DNA of 64,000 nucleotides from Albugo candida (Eukaryota): NCBI GenBank assembly GCA_040437565.1, contig JBDOQK010000026.1, positions 310,001 to 374,000 of the forward strand, read 5' to 3'. Shown piece by piece: positions 60,682 to 64,000 of this stretch (position 1 is its first letter; each line of letters starts with the position of its first letter). The notes under the pieces were generated by a model. It saw only the letters and a program-made list of their open reading frames with translations, ran no database searches and was not told where the DNA came from. The position numbers and the translations under genes were made by a program.

Positions 60682-60946
60682 TTTTATATGATTACTTACT
60701 GGCACAGGGCCAGAGAGCAGTACATACGCAATCCGTGCTATCAGCACGAGTAAATGTTTTTTGTTTCATTTCTTCTACTCAGTGTAGTTTCTTCGTACTT
60801 TGTGAATATCATCTCAGAATTTTGTGTTCTTTACTCGTTTGATTGTTGAATTGTATCGTTGCTTCTCCAAACCATATCTGTCTACTAATAAACCTTTGAG
60901 ATATCTTGACGAACCTTTGGTACAAATCAATCAAAATGATCACTAG

Positions 60947-62934
60947 TTAGCGATGGTGGCTCTGCATCGGTGTTTTGCCTCGACGTGCGCGATTCACAAT
61001 CAAACCGACCAGTTTCTTTCGTGTTTCCCGACTAATGATGGTGTCTTTCCCACCACCATTGTGCAATATCTCCTCATTCTCTTGCTGAGTCTCTGGATTG
61101 TCAACTGCATTCTTATGCTCCGCACCGTTTTGTGCTATACCACCATTCATCATCGTATATCGTCTGACCAATTGAACAGATTTTGGTCGAACACGGATAT
61201 TGGAAGCTGAAGTATTTGTACTCGACATTCGAAGAATGAAATGCTCTTCCGATTCGGATGGCTCAGGACCTCGAGTCGCTGGATTTACTTTCTCATTACT
61301 AATATCCGTATTGCCATTATGCGAGTGATTTCCTCCGCCAACGTCTGTCCGATGTAACTCTCGTTCAGCGCGCTCTCTGTTGATAACATCAAGAACTTCA
61401 CCCAGCTTGTTCTCGACAGTATGCAACAAATCAATAGCGGAAGAATCAGCGGCTCGGTTAAGAGTCATCAGAACTTCATCATCTTTTGATCCTTGCACTG
61501 TAGAAAGACGGTGTAAGCATTTGAGCAAACAAGCTCGAAATGCATCGATCATGACATTCGCGCGATTACACTTTTCCGTAAGTACCGTGGCATCTTTCTC
61601 GATCTCTTTGAGCTTGTCGCCTGTTGAATCCATATCTTGATAGACGGTACGTGTGTTCACAGCGGTGTTCCGATGATCGTTGAGTGAGTCTTTCAAGAAG
61701 TTGTGTTTATCCCGTAATTTACGCATTTTCACGTCGGCAGTAGCGTGTTCTTCCATCAAAGCTTTTAACGTTTCTTCCCGATTGTTATATTTCTCGATGA
61801 TTTTATTCAAATCTGCAGTGCCTGCTGCTTCGAGTATGTTTTTGTACTCTGCCTCAGAAAAAGTAAGTCGAGATTGTACTTCTGCAAGCTCTTTTTGTAG
61901 TTGAGAAAAATACTGCATCTGAGCTTGCGATTCATTCCGAAGTCGACGAGATTCTTTCTGCCTACTTTCTCCCATGGTTTGTTGCGAATACTTTGCTCGT
62001 GTGCATTGCCGCTGTTCCACAAGATCATGCATAAGTTGTGTCTGGTTGACAGCGTGATTAACGTCGTCTGATGCTCGATAATTTTCGTGTCGAGCCTGTT
62101 TAAATTCATTGACCATCTTTTGATAAAGTAATTTCGCAGCAGTCTCTTCTTGTCGAGCCGCTATCAAAGAAGCCATTGTATTTGCAACTTCATTTTCAAG
62201 ATCCACCAAAGTCTTCTCCTTCTCAAGTGTCGCTTTTCTCGCTTCCAGTGCTTCGTCAGTGAGCCGCTGAATCATATGATTATAAACCCCTCGATCAGAT
62301 GTTTCTTCCTCAAGCTTTGACTCGTACAACTACGAAGGGATCATGAAGGGATGAAAGAGATGTGTAATTTTGTATTTACCGCCGATTTATTTTCGATGTT
62401 ACTTATGCGAGCTTGTGTTTGCAGACTATCGTCCACTCTTGCGCCCATTGTCGAACTCATTATTTGTATCTCATTTTCTAGCCGTCGGATTTCTTTTTCT
62501 TTTTTCGCATTCGTGCTATATAGTGCATCGAACTCCTGCACCGGGCGAGAATTCAATATTCCGAAACCTAAGTACAATGCATATCTCCGTACCCGTCGAA
62601 GCGAAGAAACCTCGTTCACTTCCTTGTCTACGAATTGGGTCTCTTCCCCCACCAAATAGCCCATTGAAGTCAGGAACGAAGATACTCCTGAAGCATTCAA
62701 TTTACTGCATAGTGTGAGAATGGAAATAGACATATAAAAAAGTAAAACCTCGTACGTATTGTAACTCGGCCGAGGTGACGCGTAAATAGAGCTAGAGTTC
62801 CCCGTGTTGGGTCCCGTTTGAGAGTCCGTGAGCCAGCGTTGTCTTCCACCGTATGTACCCCGTATTCTCTCCGTTTGTGAGCCGTCCAGAGCTGTATCTG
62901 AGTTTGGTGTGCCTTCCTCGCTAATCTTTTCCAT
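60947..62934 (-). CDS. Coiled-coil protein resembling outer dynein arm docking complex subunits (CCDC151/CCDC114 family); multi-exon
   Basis: EAEYKNILEAAGTADLNKIIEKYNNREETL..L, LLHTVENKL and SNIRV in a long coiled coil. The family assignment is tentative. Confidence 0.55.
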
Positions 62935-63649
62935 GTTGATAGACTGATGAGTAAACAACTAGGGATTTATATCTAATTTTGAATGCCGTATTGATGAAAC
63001 CTCTTGCGTGACTGCACATCATAAAATGCAAGCTGCGACTCTACCGGCTTGAAGCCTACTCCTTTTACCGTTGCTGTAGCTTCTAAAGTGGTACATTATT
63101 TCATACTATTGAATGGAGTGACCGACATTTCATGGTGGAAGCATATTATTACAGAGTTATTGAGGCATGTGAGACGAGCACCATAAGTACAAGTTTTTGG
63201 TGGATAGGACTGTATTTAATTGCTCGAGCTTGGTGCATCGACTTGATAGCCTCATGCGGAGTGTTTTCAAAAGTAGGAGATAAAATGAAACCTGATGCGT
63301 TTTTCGCATAGTTGTGAATTATCTCTTACTTTGAGCGCATTCATGACATCTTAACAAAATTAGCTTACCTGAGAAGAAACATGTACGGCGTGACTTGCGT
63401 CCAGTACTATGCCACCCCACCAACCTGACAGAATGACAGAATACCACCCTAGTATGCCATTTCGAGGCATCAAAAACATATCATATTTATATCTGAAAAT
63501 AGTAGAAGAAATTTTTTGTGTCGTTCCTTTCCGAGCTTACGTTTTCACGTATAGTCTTTCCCCACAAAGTGATGCAAAGTTGCTTCCTTGGTTATAAGAT
63601 AAACCTCTCCGTAACCCGCGCCATTGAATGATGCTATTTACATCGTCGC

Positions 63650-64000
63650 TCACAATAATCCCAAATCCATATTTTCCGCCGTGTTTTTGTGATTGGATCG
63701 CGCTTCAATGGTCAGCCCAGGGACCAACACTGGAGCAATGTAGTGATTGTCATGTGTAGTACTATCATACTCGTCAATAGGTAGCTTATCAGTAAGTATT
63801 GGCAATGAGAGGATCCGTGCCGAAGCCCGCTTTGTCACCCAAAGCAGCCAAAGTTGATCAAGGCAAAATTTTGGATCCGATCGTTGTGCACAGTCATGGT
63901 TGGTAGTTTGCGCTGCACACATCAGACATTTCTGAGCAATATATACCGAGTGTTCACATCCTCGTACTTGTTCATGTATCAAAAACTGGATTTGTTGCTT
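63650..64000 (-). CDS. Probable 3' end of a gene entering from the right edge; Cys-containing, unknown function
   Basis: The frame is open from the window edge to TGA at 63650; no family recognised. Confidence 0.35.
   Translation of the reverse strand, partial: KQQIQFLIHEQVRGCEHSVYIAQKCLMCAAQTTNHDCAQRSDPKFCLDQLWLLWVTKRASARILSLPILTDKLPIDEYDSTTHDNHYIAPVLVPGLTIEARSNHKNTAENMDLGLL

Noticed and set aside
63650-64000. CHxC/CCG-type effector
   Set aside because: CLMC lacks the His and the downstream Gly, and the N-terminus lies outside the window.

Overview
This is eukaryotic DNA from a very compact genome, not prokaryotic: short introns of about 50-65 nt, short intergenic spacers, oomycete-type bZIP and Inr/FPR promoter motifs, and a flagellar docking-complex-like gene. 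The most likely source is an oomycete, possibly Albugo-like (inference only). About 25 protein-coding genes are supportable. The left end holds a cluster of three secreted CAP/SCP genes around an unusual Arb2/FAM172-FYVE-AGC kinase, tied together by an inverted duplication. Then come Snapin-like, CBS-domain, SEM1, OPA3, a DDX60-like helicase, a PX protein, a bZIP, a VPS9 GEF, an anoctamin, Nup62, AMPK-gamma, a Zn-knuckle protein, NEPRO/RMP1-like, a Ubc12-like E2, an alpha/beta hydrolase, bacterial-type FadH, Sec6, TMF1, Trm112, enoyl-CoA hydratase, two secreted repetitive MKVYS- proteins and an ODA-docking-like coiled coil. Four apparently exact long duplications flank 100-N gaps and are treated as assembly overlap artefacts. 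The best leads are the Arb2-FYVE-kinase fusion, a six-exon Ubc12-like E2 with catalytic Cys replaced by Met, an anoctamin missing three Ca2+ ligands, a PX/pseudo-OTU/PAH protein, the inverted duplication linked to a two-domain CAP gene, and a structured tandem non-coding element. No rRNA, tRNA, CRISPR array or intact transposon was recognised. All family calls are by-eye motif recognition; no searches were run.
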